A program made the position numbers and the translations under genes. A stretch of DNA of 64,000 nt from Verrucomicrobiia bacterium (GTDB taxonomy: Bacteria; Verrucomicrobiota; Verrucomicrobiia; Limisphaerales; UBA1319). Positions 1 to 8,434 of this stretch are shown piece by piece; the stretch's first letter is position 1, and every line of letters begins with the position of its first letter. The notes beneath the pieces are model-generated. The model saw only the letters and a program-made list of their open reading frames with translations. It was not told where the DNA came from and did not search any database. The stretch is from NCBI GenBank assembly GCA_963664225.1, contig OY760937.1, forward strand, positions 992,001-1,056,000. The letters are read 5' to 3'.

Positions 1-1470
1 GATTTCGACCCCTTCCTTGGCTTCGACGGCCTGATGCAGACCATCGCTCCAGCGGCGACCCGTCATCAGGCGCCCGGTATGCTCATCGACGATGATGACT
101 TTGTTTTCCTGGACAACGTATTCGACATCTTTTTCGTAGAGGCAATACGCCTTGAGCAGTTGGGAAATGACGTGAATCTTCTGCGATTTGGTCTCGTAAT
201 CCGCCTGCATTTTGCTCTTCATTTCCACGCGTTTGCGTGGATCCTGCTCGGGCCCGGTGTCGATCTCATGAAAGGCCGTGGTCAGGTCGGGCAGCACAAA
301 GCCATCCGGATCCTTCGGGTCCATCAAAGCGCGTCCTTTTTCAGTAAGGTCGGCTTCATGGGATTTCTCCTCGATGGCGAAGAACAACTCTTCTTTTTGC
401 GCGTAGAGGGTCTTTTTGCTCTGATCCCCGTGCAACTCCAGTTCCGCGCTGTTCATGAGACGGAGGTTTTCAGGAACCTCCAGCACCTTCATCAGTGCGG
501 TCAATTTGGGCGCGCCCAGCCGGACCTTGTAGAGCAGTAAACCGAGTTCGCGTTCGACTTCTTCGCGATGCGTGGGCTCGGAACCGTCCGTCGGGTGCAG
601 TTTGTCGATGAGCTTCTGCGCTTCACTCAAATACCGGTTGCACAGACGCTCCTGGGTTTTGACGAGATTTTCGATCTCCGGTTTAAACTGCCCGTAAATG
701 GCATTATCCGCGTTAACAACTGCGGGTCCGCTGATGATGAGCGGCGTGCGGGCTTCATCGATCAGGATCGAATCCACTTCGTCCACGATCGCGAAGTAAT
801 GTCCCCGTTGCACTTGTTCCTCGGCGCGCACGGCCATGCCGTTGTCGCGCAGGTAATCGAAGCCAAATTCCGCGTTCGTTCCGTAGGTGATGTCGCAATT
901 GTACTGTTCGCGTCTGACATCCGGCGACTGATCGTGAATGATGCAGCCCACGGTGAGTCCCAAAAATCTGTAAACTGCTCCCATCCATTCGCCGTCGCGG
1001 GCTGCCAGGTAATCGTTGACGGTCACCACATGCACACCCCGGCCGGTTAAGGCGTTCAAATACACCGGCAGCGTGGCCACCAATGTTTTGCCTTCACCGG
1101 TCGCCATTTCAGCAATGTGCCCAGTGTGAAGGGCGATGCCGCCGATCAACTGCACGTCGAATGGCACCATGTCCCAGACAATGGGATGCCCGCGCACAAT
1201 GACTTCCTTGCCCACGAGACGGCGGCAGGTGTCTTTGACCACCGCAAAGGCTTCAGGCAGGATTTCGTCGAGCTTCGCGGACAACTCGGCCAGATCTTCA
1301 ATGGCGCCAAGCTGTTGTTTCCATTCCGCCGTTTTTTGGCGCAAAGCATCGTCCGACAGCGACTTGATTGATTCTTCAAATTGTCGAATCTGCTCCACCC
1401 TCGGGCGGAGACGCTTGACCTCGCGATCGTTTTTAGTGCCGAAAATTTTCTTAAAAATGATTCCTATCAT
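1..1470 (-). CDS. secA: Preprotein translocase ATPase SecA, 5' part; runs off the left edge of the window
   Basis: Not in the ORF track because there is no stop in the window. The minus strand from ATG at 1470 reads [23 protein letters not shown]...FDVQLIGG...[11 protein letters not shown]...[11 protein letters not shown]...[15 protein letters not shown]...[23 protein letters not shown], which are the canonical SecA motifs. Confidence 0.97.
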   Translation of the reverse strand, partial: MIGIIFKKIFGTKNDREVKRLRPRVEQIRQFEESIKSLSDDALRQKTAEWKQQLGAIEDLAELSAKLDEILPEAFAVVKDTCRRLVGKEVIVRGHPIVWDMVPFDVQLIGGIALHTGHIAEMATGEGKTLVATLPVYLNALTGRGVHVVTVNDYLAARDGEWMGAVYRFLGLTVGCIIHDQSPDVRREQYNCDITYGTNAEFGFDYLRDNGMAVRAEEQVQRGHYFAIVDEVDSILIDEARTPLIISGPAVVNADNAIYGQFKPEIENLVKTQERLCNRYLSEAQKLIDKLHPTDGSEPTHREEVERELGLLLYKVRLGAPKLTALMKVLEVPENLRLMNSAELELHGDQSKKTLYAQKEELFFAIEEKSHEADLTEKGRALMDPKDPDGFVLPDLTTAFHEIDTGPEQDPRKRVEMKSKMQADYETKSQKIHVISQLLKAYCLYEKDVEYVVQENKVIIVDEHTGRLMTGRRWSDGLHQAVEAKEGVEI

Positions 1471-1617
1471 GATAATTTGGGATCACCCAAAGGCCACGCT
1501 AAGGGAATCCGGCAAAAGCGTCAAAGATTTTACAACGAATGAAATATGATGATGAGGAGGTGGGACAAAATGGCGCGTTGACGCATTTCATGCCGATTTT
1601 CCCATTCCTCGGGAGGC

Positions 1618-4600
1618 CTATGGACTGCTTTTGGGGTCCGGCGCCCGCGTGCGGGGTTTGGCTGCGCGATGAATTCGCAGCGAGAAGCCGTGCCCGTTTT
1701 CGTAGGGTTCCACGGTTGCGCTGACCTCAAGCACGGGGTAACGCACGGTGACCAGGCCGTAGCTGCGGTAGGTGGGGGCGAACAATTCCGTTTCCACCAT
1801 CCCGGTCCAATCGGTGAGGGTGAGGAATTTCATCGGTTCCCCGGTGATCTGGTGGTGGAGACGCTGTTCAATGACCAGGCCGCATACGACGACCGTCTCG
1901 CCGGGATAGTTTCCCAGCCGTGAGATGGGACAATAGGTTTCCCAGGCCACGGTGTCATAGATTTCCAGGGGATGGCCGGAAACGGTGAACCCCAGCAGGT
2001 CAGTTTCCCATTCGAGTTTTTCGTGGTGTCCCGGTTCCTGGAGTGGCACGGGAAAAAGTGTCTTTTCATTGTGTGGTTCGGGGAAAAGCCAGCCCTGGCC
2101 GGGTTCTGTGCCTGCCTCAAAAAACCTGCGCAACCGTTGGAACTCCCAGAATTGTGCCGTCCGGGTATCTCCAAAGAGATCAAAGGCGCCCACGCGAATG
2201 AGCGCATCCATTTCCTCGACCAGGGGTTGGACACGCTTGTAGAAGTCCCGCAGGGACGTGAACGGGGTGTGATGCCGCTCATTCAGCAATCGTTCAATCG
2301 TCCGGTTGGTCAGTCCCTTCACGCGGGTGACGGGAACGCGGATCGCCTGTTTTTTGGTTTCCGGATTGGTGGTGCAGACCTGAAACATGGGTCCCGGCTC
2401 ATTGACGAATGGCGGCAGGAGAGGGATGCCCAGTCGGTGGCATTCCAGGACATACACCAGCGGATGGTAAAAACCCTTCCCGTTGGAAAGGACGGCGGCC
2501 ATGAATTCGGCGGGGTAATTTTGTTTGATCCAGGCCGACTGCCAGGCTTCCACACCGTAGGCCACGCTGTGCGCCTTGCAGAAGGCATAACCGGCGAACC
2601 CGGCCACTGATTTCCAGACTTCCTCGATGGCGCTTTCCGGACGACCAAGGCGGCGGGCGGAAACGAAAAATTCTCCTTTGATCTGCTCCATCACGGGCAG
2701 GTTGTATTTGGCCAGCGCGCGGCGGAGAACATCGGCGCGTCCCGGAGGCAATCCGGCAAAGGCCTCGCAGATCTGTAAAATGTGCTCCTCATAAACCACC
2801 AGTCCGTAGGTGTCTTTGAGACAGGGTTCCAATGAGGGGTGGGGATAGGTTACGGGTTCCCGGCCTTGATAGCGGCGGACGAAGTTGAGTTTGTTATTTT
2901 CATTGGCCGCGCCGGGCCGGATCACGCTGACGATGGCGACCAGGCCATCGATTTCATGCACGTTGGATTGGCGGCACAGCCCAATCATGGCCGGGCTTTC
3001 GATGTGATGCACGGCGCGCGCGCCGCCGCTGGCGATCAGTTTCCACACTTGTGGATCAGTCCACGGCTCGAGCTGGTCGAGGTGCAGTTCAATGCCGCGC
3101 GCGGAAAGCATTTCGCGGACATCCCGCATCACGGCCAGTCCGCCTTGGGCAAGAATATCCATTTTGATCAGTCCGATCGCTTCCACGGCATCCATGTCGA
3201 AATGGGTGGTCGGATACCCCTTATTGGAAGGAAACGTCGGCGTGAGTTCGCACATGGGCTGACGGGAGAGAACCACACCGCAGGGGTGCATTTTGGGATG
3301 GCGCGGAAAGCCGTCGAGGAACTCCGCCATGCGCAGGGCGGAGCGGTAGGGTTCCTCGGTCAGCGGGGCATCCTGGCACTCCAGGCTTTGCGTCACGGCA
3401 TTCTCGATGCCCTGCACGCGTCCGAACCAGGGGAAGTGTTCCGTGAAGCGGCGGATTTGGAATTCAGACACGCCAAGCACTTTTCCGACATCCGCCACGG
3501 CGCTGCGGGCTTGAAACGTGGAAAAGCCTCCAACGACCGCAGCATGAGAAGGCCCGTATCTCTTGAAGATCAGGTCAATGACATCGTCTTTGCGGTCATG
3601 CGGAAAATCCAGGTCGATATCGGGCAATTTGTTCAACTGCATCCGTTCCCGGTTGAGGAAACGCCGGAAGTAGAGGTTGAAGCGGATCGGGCAGACCCCG
3701 CTGATTTCCAGGCAATAACAGACCAAAGAATCGGCGGCGCTGCCGCGGGTGATCCACTCGATATTCTGCCGACGGCACTCCTGCAAAAGATCCCAGACGG
3801 CGAGGAAATAGGGTTCGTAGCCGACTTCGGCAATGAGGGCCAGTTCCTCCTCGACCTGGGGCTGGACCTGCGCGAAGCGGCTGGGGTAGCGGCGGCGCAG
3901 ACCCTCCAGGGCAATGCGCCGCAGAAACGCGCGGGCCGACGAGCCGTCCGGCGGCGTGAAATCCGGGAATTGCGGTTTGCCCAGCGGCATTTCAAACGAG
4001 CAGCGTTGCGCGATTTCCCGCGTCTGGTCCAGCAGTCGGGGCTGATTGCCAAAAAGGGCGCGCCATTGCGCCGGGGAATGAAAATGAAAATCTCCAGTCA
4101 ATTGTTTGCCGGGATGTTCCTGGCGCAAAAGGGTGCGCGTGCGGATGCTTTGGACAACATCGTATTTCCAACGGTCTTCCGGTGTCGCGTAATGGATGGG
4201 GACCATGGCGATTTGCGGAATCCCGGTTTGCGGGGCGGGCAGGGAACGGCCGTATGGGGGGGGAACGGCCTGATAGAAACGACCCGGAAAAAGCGGGGCG
4301 AGTTTGAGGTTCGAACTTGCGGCCAGGAGCCCGTTGGTGATGCCATCCAGATCGGTCATGGCGCGCGGACGTTGCTGGCGTTGAATGACGGCGTCGCCAT
4401 CGTCCTCCACGGACTGCGGAATGGCAGAGAGAATCTGGCACAGGTTGCGATAACCTTCCGGGTTTTGCACGTAGAGGCACACGGGCGCGCCATCGACAAT
4501 GATCTCGGAACCGATGATGGGTTGGATCCCGGCTTTTTTGGCGGCGGCATGGAATGAAACCGCCCCGTGGAGGTTGCCCGTGTCGGTGATGGCAATCGCT

Positions 4601-5964
4601 GGCATTTCATGTTTTTGGGCCAGTTCGACAATGGCCCCCACGGACAGCGTGGAGTTTAAAAAGGAATAAAAACTGCGAGCCCGCAGGGGCACGGGTATGG
4701 TGTTTAGACCGGTGCGGATGAGAATTTGGAGACCCGGGGTCGGGGTTTCTTTTGGCGGCAGACGCGAAGCCAGCGTCCGGGTTTGGGCCGGATTCAATCC
4801 AGGGCGCAGAATCAGATCGTGGCCGCGCATCACAATTTCCTGGCAATGTGATTCGCGGCGCAGGGTGTCGATGGCAGCCGCCAGCCGCCGCTGGGCGTCG
4901 AGCTTTTGCGCGGAGCGGTCGAGGCAAAGTTCAATGCGAAAAACACCGTCATACACATTGGAAAACCGCAGACAAACCATGCGCAGGCTGACGCGGCGTT
5001 TCCAGGCCTGGCGGAGCAGGGGAGGAATCCGGCTGTAAAGATCCGTTTCCAGGTCCGTGGGTTCGGGCAGGCTCTCGCCGGACTGGTCTTCGGACATGTC
5101 GTTGTAACGGACTTTGACGGTAACCGTGCGAATGCTTTTGCCCTCGGCGCGAACCGTTGCCATGAGCTGGTCGGCCATGCGTCGCAGGATGGCTTGAATG
5201 TATTCCTCGTCGGTGGTGTCGGCGGAGAAGGTTTCCTGTTTGCTGTAGGACTTGGCCGGGGCGCGGACGGGAATGATGGGCCGCTCGTCCAGGCCGTTGG
5301 CGTATTGATGGAGGGTGTGGGCCGCGCCGTCCATGAGCAGTTCCAGGGCGTCGATCGGGGTGGCGGCGATCTGTCCGATGCGGGTCAAGCCGGCCGCATT
5401 GAGGCGAAGGGCGGTTTTGGGACCCACGCCCGGAAGCCAGTGATTGGCCAGGGGTTGCAGGAATGATTTTTCGCAGCCGGGAAGAACGGAGGTAAACGCA
5501 GCGGGCTTGTTGAGTTTGGAGGCGATCTGGCTGACCAGTTTATTGGAGGCAATGCCTTCGCTGACGGTGATCTTCAGGGATTGCCGGATGGCCTGCCGGA
5601 TGGTTTCGGCGACATCGACCGGCGGTTTGCGTCCGCCACTCAAATCAAAATAGCCCTCGTCAATCGAGCAAATCTCGACGTCGGGGGTGAAGTCGTAGGC
5701 GTAACTGAACATCCAGCGGGAGAACTGCTCGTATTTCTCGAAATCGCCCGGCAGGACGATGAGTTTGGGACAGAGCTTGCGGGCGCGCACCGTGGGCATG
5801 GGAGTGTAAACACCCATCTTCCGCGCTTCATACGAGGCGGAGGCGATGATCCCCCGCTTCTCGCCACCCACCGCCACCGCCTTGCCCCGCAGCCTGGGAT
5901 CGGAGGCTTGCTCGACCGAGGCGAAAAACGCATCGGCATCCAGATGGATGATGTCGCGGGGCAT
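1618..5964 (-). CDS. Fused DNA polymerase: N-terminal Y-family Pol IV/DinB (aa ~1-385) plus C-terminal DnaE (Pol III alpha, DnaE2-like; aa ~425-1448)
   Basis: DinB motifs HLDADAFFASVEQ, SYEARKMGV, SIDEGYFD. DnaE motifs AITDTGNLHGA (PHP), RGSAADSLVCYCL, PDIDLDF, HPCGVV, KMDILA, YAFCKAHS and a C-terminal OB fold. One uninterrupted frame with a Pro-rich linker. Confidence 0.93.
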   Translation of the reverse strand: MPRDIIHLDADAFFASVEQASDPRLRGKAVAVGGEKRGIIASASYEARKMGVYTPMPTVRARKLCPKLIVLPGDFEKYEQFSRWMFSYAYDFTPDVEICSIDEGYFDLSGGRKPPVDVAETIRQAIRQSLKITVSEGIASNKLVSQIASKLNKPAAFTSVLPGCEKSFLQPLANHWLPGVGPKTALRLNAAGLTRIGQIAATPIDALELLMDGAAHTLHQYANGLDERPIIPVRAPAKSYSKQETFSADTTDEEYIQAILRRMADQLMATVRAEGKSIRTVTVKVRYNDMSEDQSGESLPEPTDLETDLYSRIPPLLRQAWKRRVSLRMVCLRFSNVYDGVFRIELCLDRSAQKLDAQRRLAAAIDTLRRESHCQEIVMRGHDLILRPGLNPAQTRTLASRLPPKETPTPGLQILIRTGLNTIPVPLRARSFYSFLNSTLSVGAIVELAQKHEMPAIAITDTGNLHGAVSFHAAAKKAGIQPIIGSEIIVDGAPVCLYVQNPEGYRNLCQILSAIPQSVEDDGDAVIQRQQRPRAMTDLDGITNGLLAASSNLKLAPLFPGRFYQAVPPPYGRSLPAPQTGIPQIAMVPIHYATPEDRWKYDVVQSIRTRTLLRQEHPGKQLTGDFHFHSPAQWRALFGNQPRLLDQTREIAQRCSFEMPLGKPQFPDFTPPDGSSARAFLRRIALEGLRRRYPSRFAQVQPQVEEELALIAEVGYEPYFLAVWDLLQECRRQNIEWITRGSAADSLVCYCLEISGVCPIRFNLYFRRFLNRERMQLNKLPDIDLDFPHDRKDDVIDLIFKRYGPSHAAVVGGFSTFQARSAVADVGKVLGVSEFQIRRFTEHFPWFGRVQGIENAVTQSLECQDAPLTEEPYRSALRMAEFLDGFPRHPKMHPCGVVLSRQPMCELTPTFPSNKGYPTTHFDMDAVEAIGLIKMDILAQGGLAVMRDVREMLSARGIELHLDQLEPWTDPQVWKLIASGGARAVHHIESPAMIGLCRQSNVHEIDGLVAIVSVIRPGAANENNKLNFVRRYQGREPVTYPHPSLEPCLKDTYGLVVYEEHILQICEAFAGLPPGRADVLRRALAKYNLPVMEQIKGEFFVSARRLGRPESAIEEVWKSVAGFAGYAFCKAHSVAYGVEAWQSAWIKQNYPAEFMAAVLSNGKGFYHPLVYVLECHRLGIPLLPPFVNEPGPMFQVCTTNPETKKQAIRVPVTRVKGLTNRTIERLLNERHHTPFTSLRDFYKRVQPLVEEMDALIRVGAFDLFGDTRTAQFWEFQRLRRFFEAGTEPGQGWLFPEPHNEKTLFPVPLQEPGHHEKLEWETDLLGFTVSGHPLEIYDTVAWETYCPISRLGNYPGETVVVCGLVIEQRLHHQITGEPMKFLTLTDWTGMVETELFAPTYRSYGLVTVRYPVLEVSATVEPYENGHGFSLRIHRAAKPRTRAPDPKSSP

Positions 5965-6015
5965 GACTGGGAATTGGAGTGCGCTCGTACAAGACGCTGC
6001 CTGGAATAAGGCGGA

Positions 6016-6636
6016 TTATTTTCGCTTGCGGACCAACGCGATCATCACACCCTGAATGACCAGTTCGCCGACGGGAAAGAGCTTGGGAAAAAGCGGGTTT
6101 TCCGCCCTGAGAAACGGACGTCCATTCTCGATGGCAAAAGTTTTCAGCGTGCTTTCGTTATCGATCAGCGCGGCCACCACATCGCCCGGGCGGGGGGTGA
6201 CCCCGTGTTCGAGAACCACCAGGTCGCCATCCATGATATGACGGCCGATCATCGATTCGCCCCGGACTTCCAGGGCGAAGGTGCGCGCCGTGGGTTTGAT
6301 CCCCAGACTTTCGACATCAATGGACACGCAGCCCGCCGGTTCCTGGCGGCGGTCGGCGGCAAACCCCGCCGGGATGGTGCCATACAGGGGAATGTCGGCA
6401 ATGGGACGGCGCAGGCGTTGGAGCGGAGAGGTGGAGCGCAGGGAACGGGCCTGGCGCGGTTGACCTTCGAGAAAGCCTTTGCGGCGCAGCGCGCGGACAT
6501 GGTCGGCGGCTGCAGTCATGCTGCGAAATCTGAAATGCTCCGCAATCTCCCGCAGCGAGGGCGGGACGCCCTGGGCTTGCTGGCTGGACACAATGAAGTC
6601 CAGCACTTGCTGCTGTCGGCTGGTTAAATCACGCAT
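6016..6636 (-). CDS. lexA: SOS repressor LexA
   Basis: LTSRQQQVLDFI...PPSLREIA wHTH, cleavage site IPAG, catalytic Ser (GESM) and Lys (TLK). ATG at 6636 chosen as the likely start. Confidence 0.96.
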   Translation of the reverse strand: MRDLTSRQQQVLDFIVSSQQAQGVPPSLREIAEHFRFRSMTAAADHVRALRRKGFLEGQPRQARSLRSTSPLQRLRRPIADIPLYGTIPAGFAADRRQEPAGCVSIDVESLGIKPTARTFALEVRGESMIGRHIMDGDLVVLEHGVTPRPGDVVAALIDNESTLKTFAIENGRPFLRAENPLFPKLFPVGELVIQGVMIALVRKRK

Positions 6637-6657
6637 AACACACGGTTTTTGAAACAC

Positions 6658-6671
6658 TGTTCAAATAAACA
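6658..6671. promoter_or_regulatory. Putative LexA operator (SOS box) upstream of lexA
   Basis: TGTTC-AAAT-AAACA inside the near-palindrome ACTGTTCAAATAAACAGT (6656-6673), about 20 bp upstream of the lexA ATG. It has one mismatch to the TGTTC-N4-GAACA motif reported for Verrucomicrobia. Confidence 0.8.
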
Positions 6672-6805
6672 GTATTCCTTTGCCCCTGCCCGTCAACTCA
6701 CAAACAGGGAAAAAACGAAAAGTCGTGTTCTGGGATTCTATAAGCCATCCGGTTAACTTCAGAAGTGATTGGATTGCAGGCGGTCTCGCGATCGTAACGA
6801 AAAAC

Positions 6806-6832
6806 AAAAAAAGCGCCCTTTTCGGGGGCGCT
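6806..6832 (-). terminator. Rho-independent terminator of the CTN-repeat peptide gene
   Basis: The minus strand reads AGCGCCCCCGAAAAGGGCGCT followed by TTTTTTGTTTTT. Confidence 0.85.
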
Positions 6833-6857
6833 GTGCAAATTCGATTAATATCAGCCG

Positions 6858-7148
6858 TTAATTGGCCGCCAGACAGTTGGTACAGCTCGTCAAGTCGATG
6901 GAGGAGAACTGGAACACTCCATTGGTGCATGCAATCGGAACGCCATTGGTGCAGGCGATTGCAAAGGCATTGGTGCATGAAGTCGGCGCTCCATTGGTGC
7001 AGGCCAGCGGAACGGAATTGGTGCACAGAATCGGCGCGGCATTAGTGCAGGCGGTCGGGATCGTGGTGGAATCAGTCTTATTGGCAGCCGCCAGAGAGGC
7101 CGCGCCAATGGCCAGCGCCAAACCGAACATCAGAAACAGATTTTTCAT
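6858..7148 (-). CDS. Small secreted Cys-Thr-Asn repeat peptide (96 aa), function unknown
   Basis: MKNLFLMFGLALAIGAASLAAA looks like a signal peptide. It is followed by six 8-aa repeats xxxxxCTN and a seventh CTN. The gene has its own terminator. Confidence 0.75.
   Translation of the reverse strand: MKNLFLMFGLALAIGAASLAAANKTDSTTIPTACTNAAPILCTNSVPLACTNGAPTSCTNAFAIACTNGVPIACTNGVFQFSSIDLTSCTNCLAAN
6921..7049. repeat. 24-nt period coding tandem repeat (ATTGGTGCA core)
   Basis: ATTGGTGCA at 6921, 6945, 6969, 6993, 7017 and ATTAGTGCA at 7041; it encodes CTN on the minus strand. Confidence 0.9.
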
Positions 7149-7520
7149 AAACGTATAAACACAGTTAATAACTCGCATACAGTCGCCTAATAGTGTCGAG
7201 GTGTCAAATTCCACCTGGCATGCATCCATTCTCATGGGCTTCTACAATCGACATGAGCGACACGAACGGTTTGCAGCCGCGATCCTTAGCGATAAGCACA
7301 AATATTTACCGCCAGGTTGAAAAAGCTTGAAGTCAGCGGGCCCAGTTTCGAGGAGGCCAGGATCAATTGCGAGGGCAATCTGGCCCCGAGCTGGCAGACG
7401 CTCTTTGACCCGATTACCCGCCTCTCAACCCATGCGCCAAGGATTGAGGTTGGGATTTTTTGAGGTCGATCCTCAAAATCGGTCAAAGACCATCCAAGTC
7501 ATGAAAGTCAGGTTTGTGGA

Positions 7521-8351
7521 TCAGACCACGCCGGGAATATCCGGCGGAGGAATGATGGCGGCGTAGCGCCGGAGGTATTTGACGGCGACGGTCAAATCCT
7601 TGGGCCAAGGCGAAGTTATGGTGATGACGGCGTCGGTGACCGGGTGTTTGACCACCAATTGTTCGGCATGCAGGGCCAGACGACCCATTAAAGGATTCTC
7701 GCTCTGATTGCCCTTGTAATGAAACTTGGGTTTGATTTTTGAAAGAAACAGGTGGCGGCCACCGTACTGGCTATCTGCGACGATGGGCAGATCGATGCTG
7801 CGCAGGTGGACGCGAATCTGATGGGTGCGCCCGGTTTTGGGCTGGCATTTCAAGAGTGTGTAATCGAGAAACCGCTCGAGAGTTTCAAAGTGGGTGAAAG
7901 ATTTTTTCCCGTTTTTCGTGTCAATCCGCATCAAGCCGGGTCTTATCGAGTGTGGGGAGAGCGGCAAGTCCACGTCGAAGACGGGTTCAAGCGGGACCCC
8001 TTCAATAAGCGCGAGGTAGGTTTTGAGCGGTTTATCGGAGCCAAATTGATTGGCCAGAGCGATGAGCGCAGGCTTGTTTTTGGCCAGGAGCATGACTCCG
8101 CTGGTTTCAAAATCGAGCCGGTGGGCATTGGCCAGGTAATCGATATGGCGTTCTTTGCACCAGGGGCTGCCTTTTTTGATGGCATCGTGGAGCAAACGCA
8201 TCAAATTTGGGCGCTCAGGATCGTAGCGGTCTGGTGAACTTAACAGGCGGCTCGGTTTGTCCAACGCAAGCAAACTCTCATCCTCATATAACACGGGAAT
8301 CTCCCAATATTCATGAGTCGCGGGCGAGGATAATTTAATGATGTTTGACAT
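7521..8351 (-). CDS. RluA/RluD-family pseudouridine synthase
   Basis: LDKPS, HRLDFETSG (catalytic Asp), TGRTHQIRVHL, LHAEQL motifs. Confidence 0.93.
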   Translation of the reverse strand: MSNIIKLSSPATHEYWEIPVLYEDESLLALDKPSRLLSSPDRYDPERPNLMRLLHDAIKKGSPWCKERHIDYLANAHRLDFETSGVMLLAKNKPALIALANQFGSDKPLKTYLALIEGVPLEPVFDVDLPLSPHSIRPGLMRIDTKNGKKSFTHFETLERFLDYTLLKCQPKTGRTHQIRVHLRSIDLPIVADSQYGGRHLFLSKIKPKFHYKGNQSENPLMGRLALHAEQLVVKHPVTDAVITITSPWPKDLTVAVKYLRRYAAIIPPPDIPGVV

Positions 8352-8391
8352 GGTGGCCTAGCGGCCTTGTGCAATCTCCATAAACTAATAA

Positions 8392-8419
8392 GGGGCAACC
8401 TTGATGACAAGGCTGCCCC
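8392..8419 (-). terminator. Hairpin/terminator after the ppiD-like gene
   Basis: GGGGCAACCTTG-ATGA-CAAGGCTGCCCC inverted repeat, followed by a T-rich tail on the minus strand. Confidence 0.6.
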
Positions 8420-8434
8420 CCGGTGACATTCAAA

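Noticed and set aside
34..1549. Plus-strand ORFs at the left edge of the ORF track
   Set aside because: They are antisense shadows of secA, which the track missed because it lacks a stop in the window.
2839..4557. 572-aa plus-strand ORF, and similar long ones such as 21405-22907 and 8423-9466
   Set aside because: They are antisense to well-supported genes, a common artefact in GC-rich DNA, and have no recognisable motifs.
6921..7049. 24-nt periodic repeat as a mini-CRISPR array
   Set aside because: The constant part is only 9 nt with 15-nt variable parts, it stays in frame within a signal-peptide ORF, and there are no cas genes.
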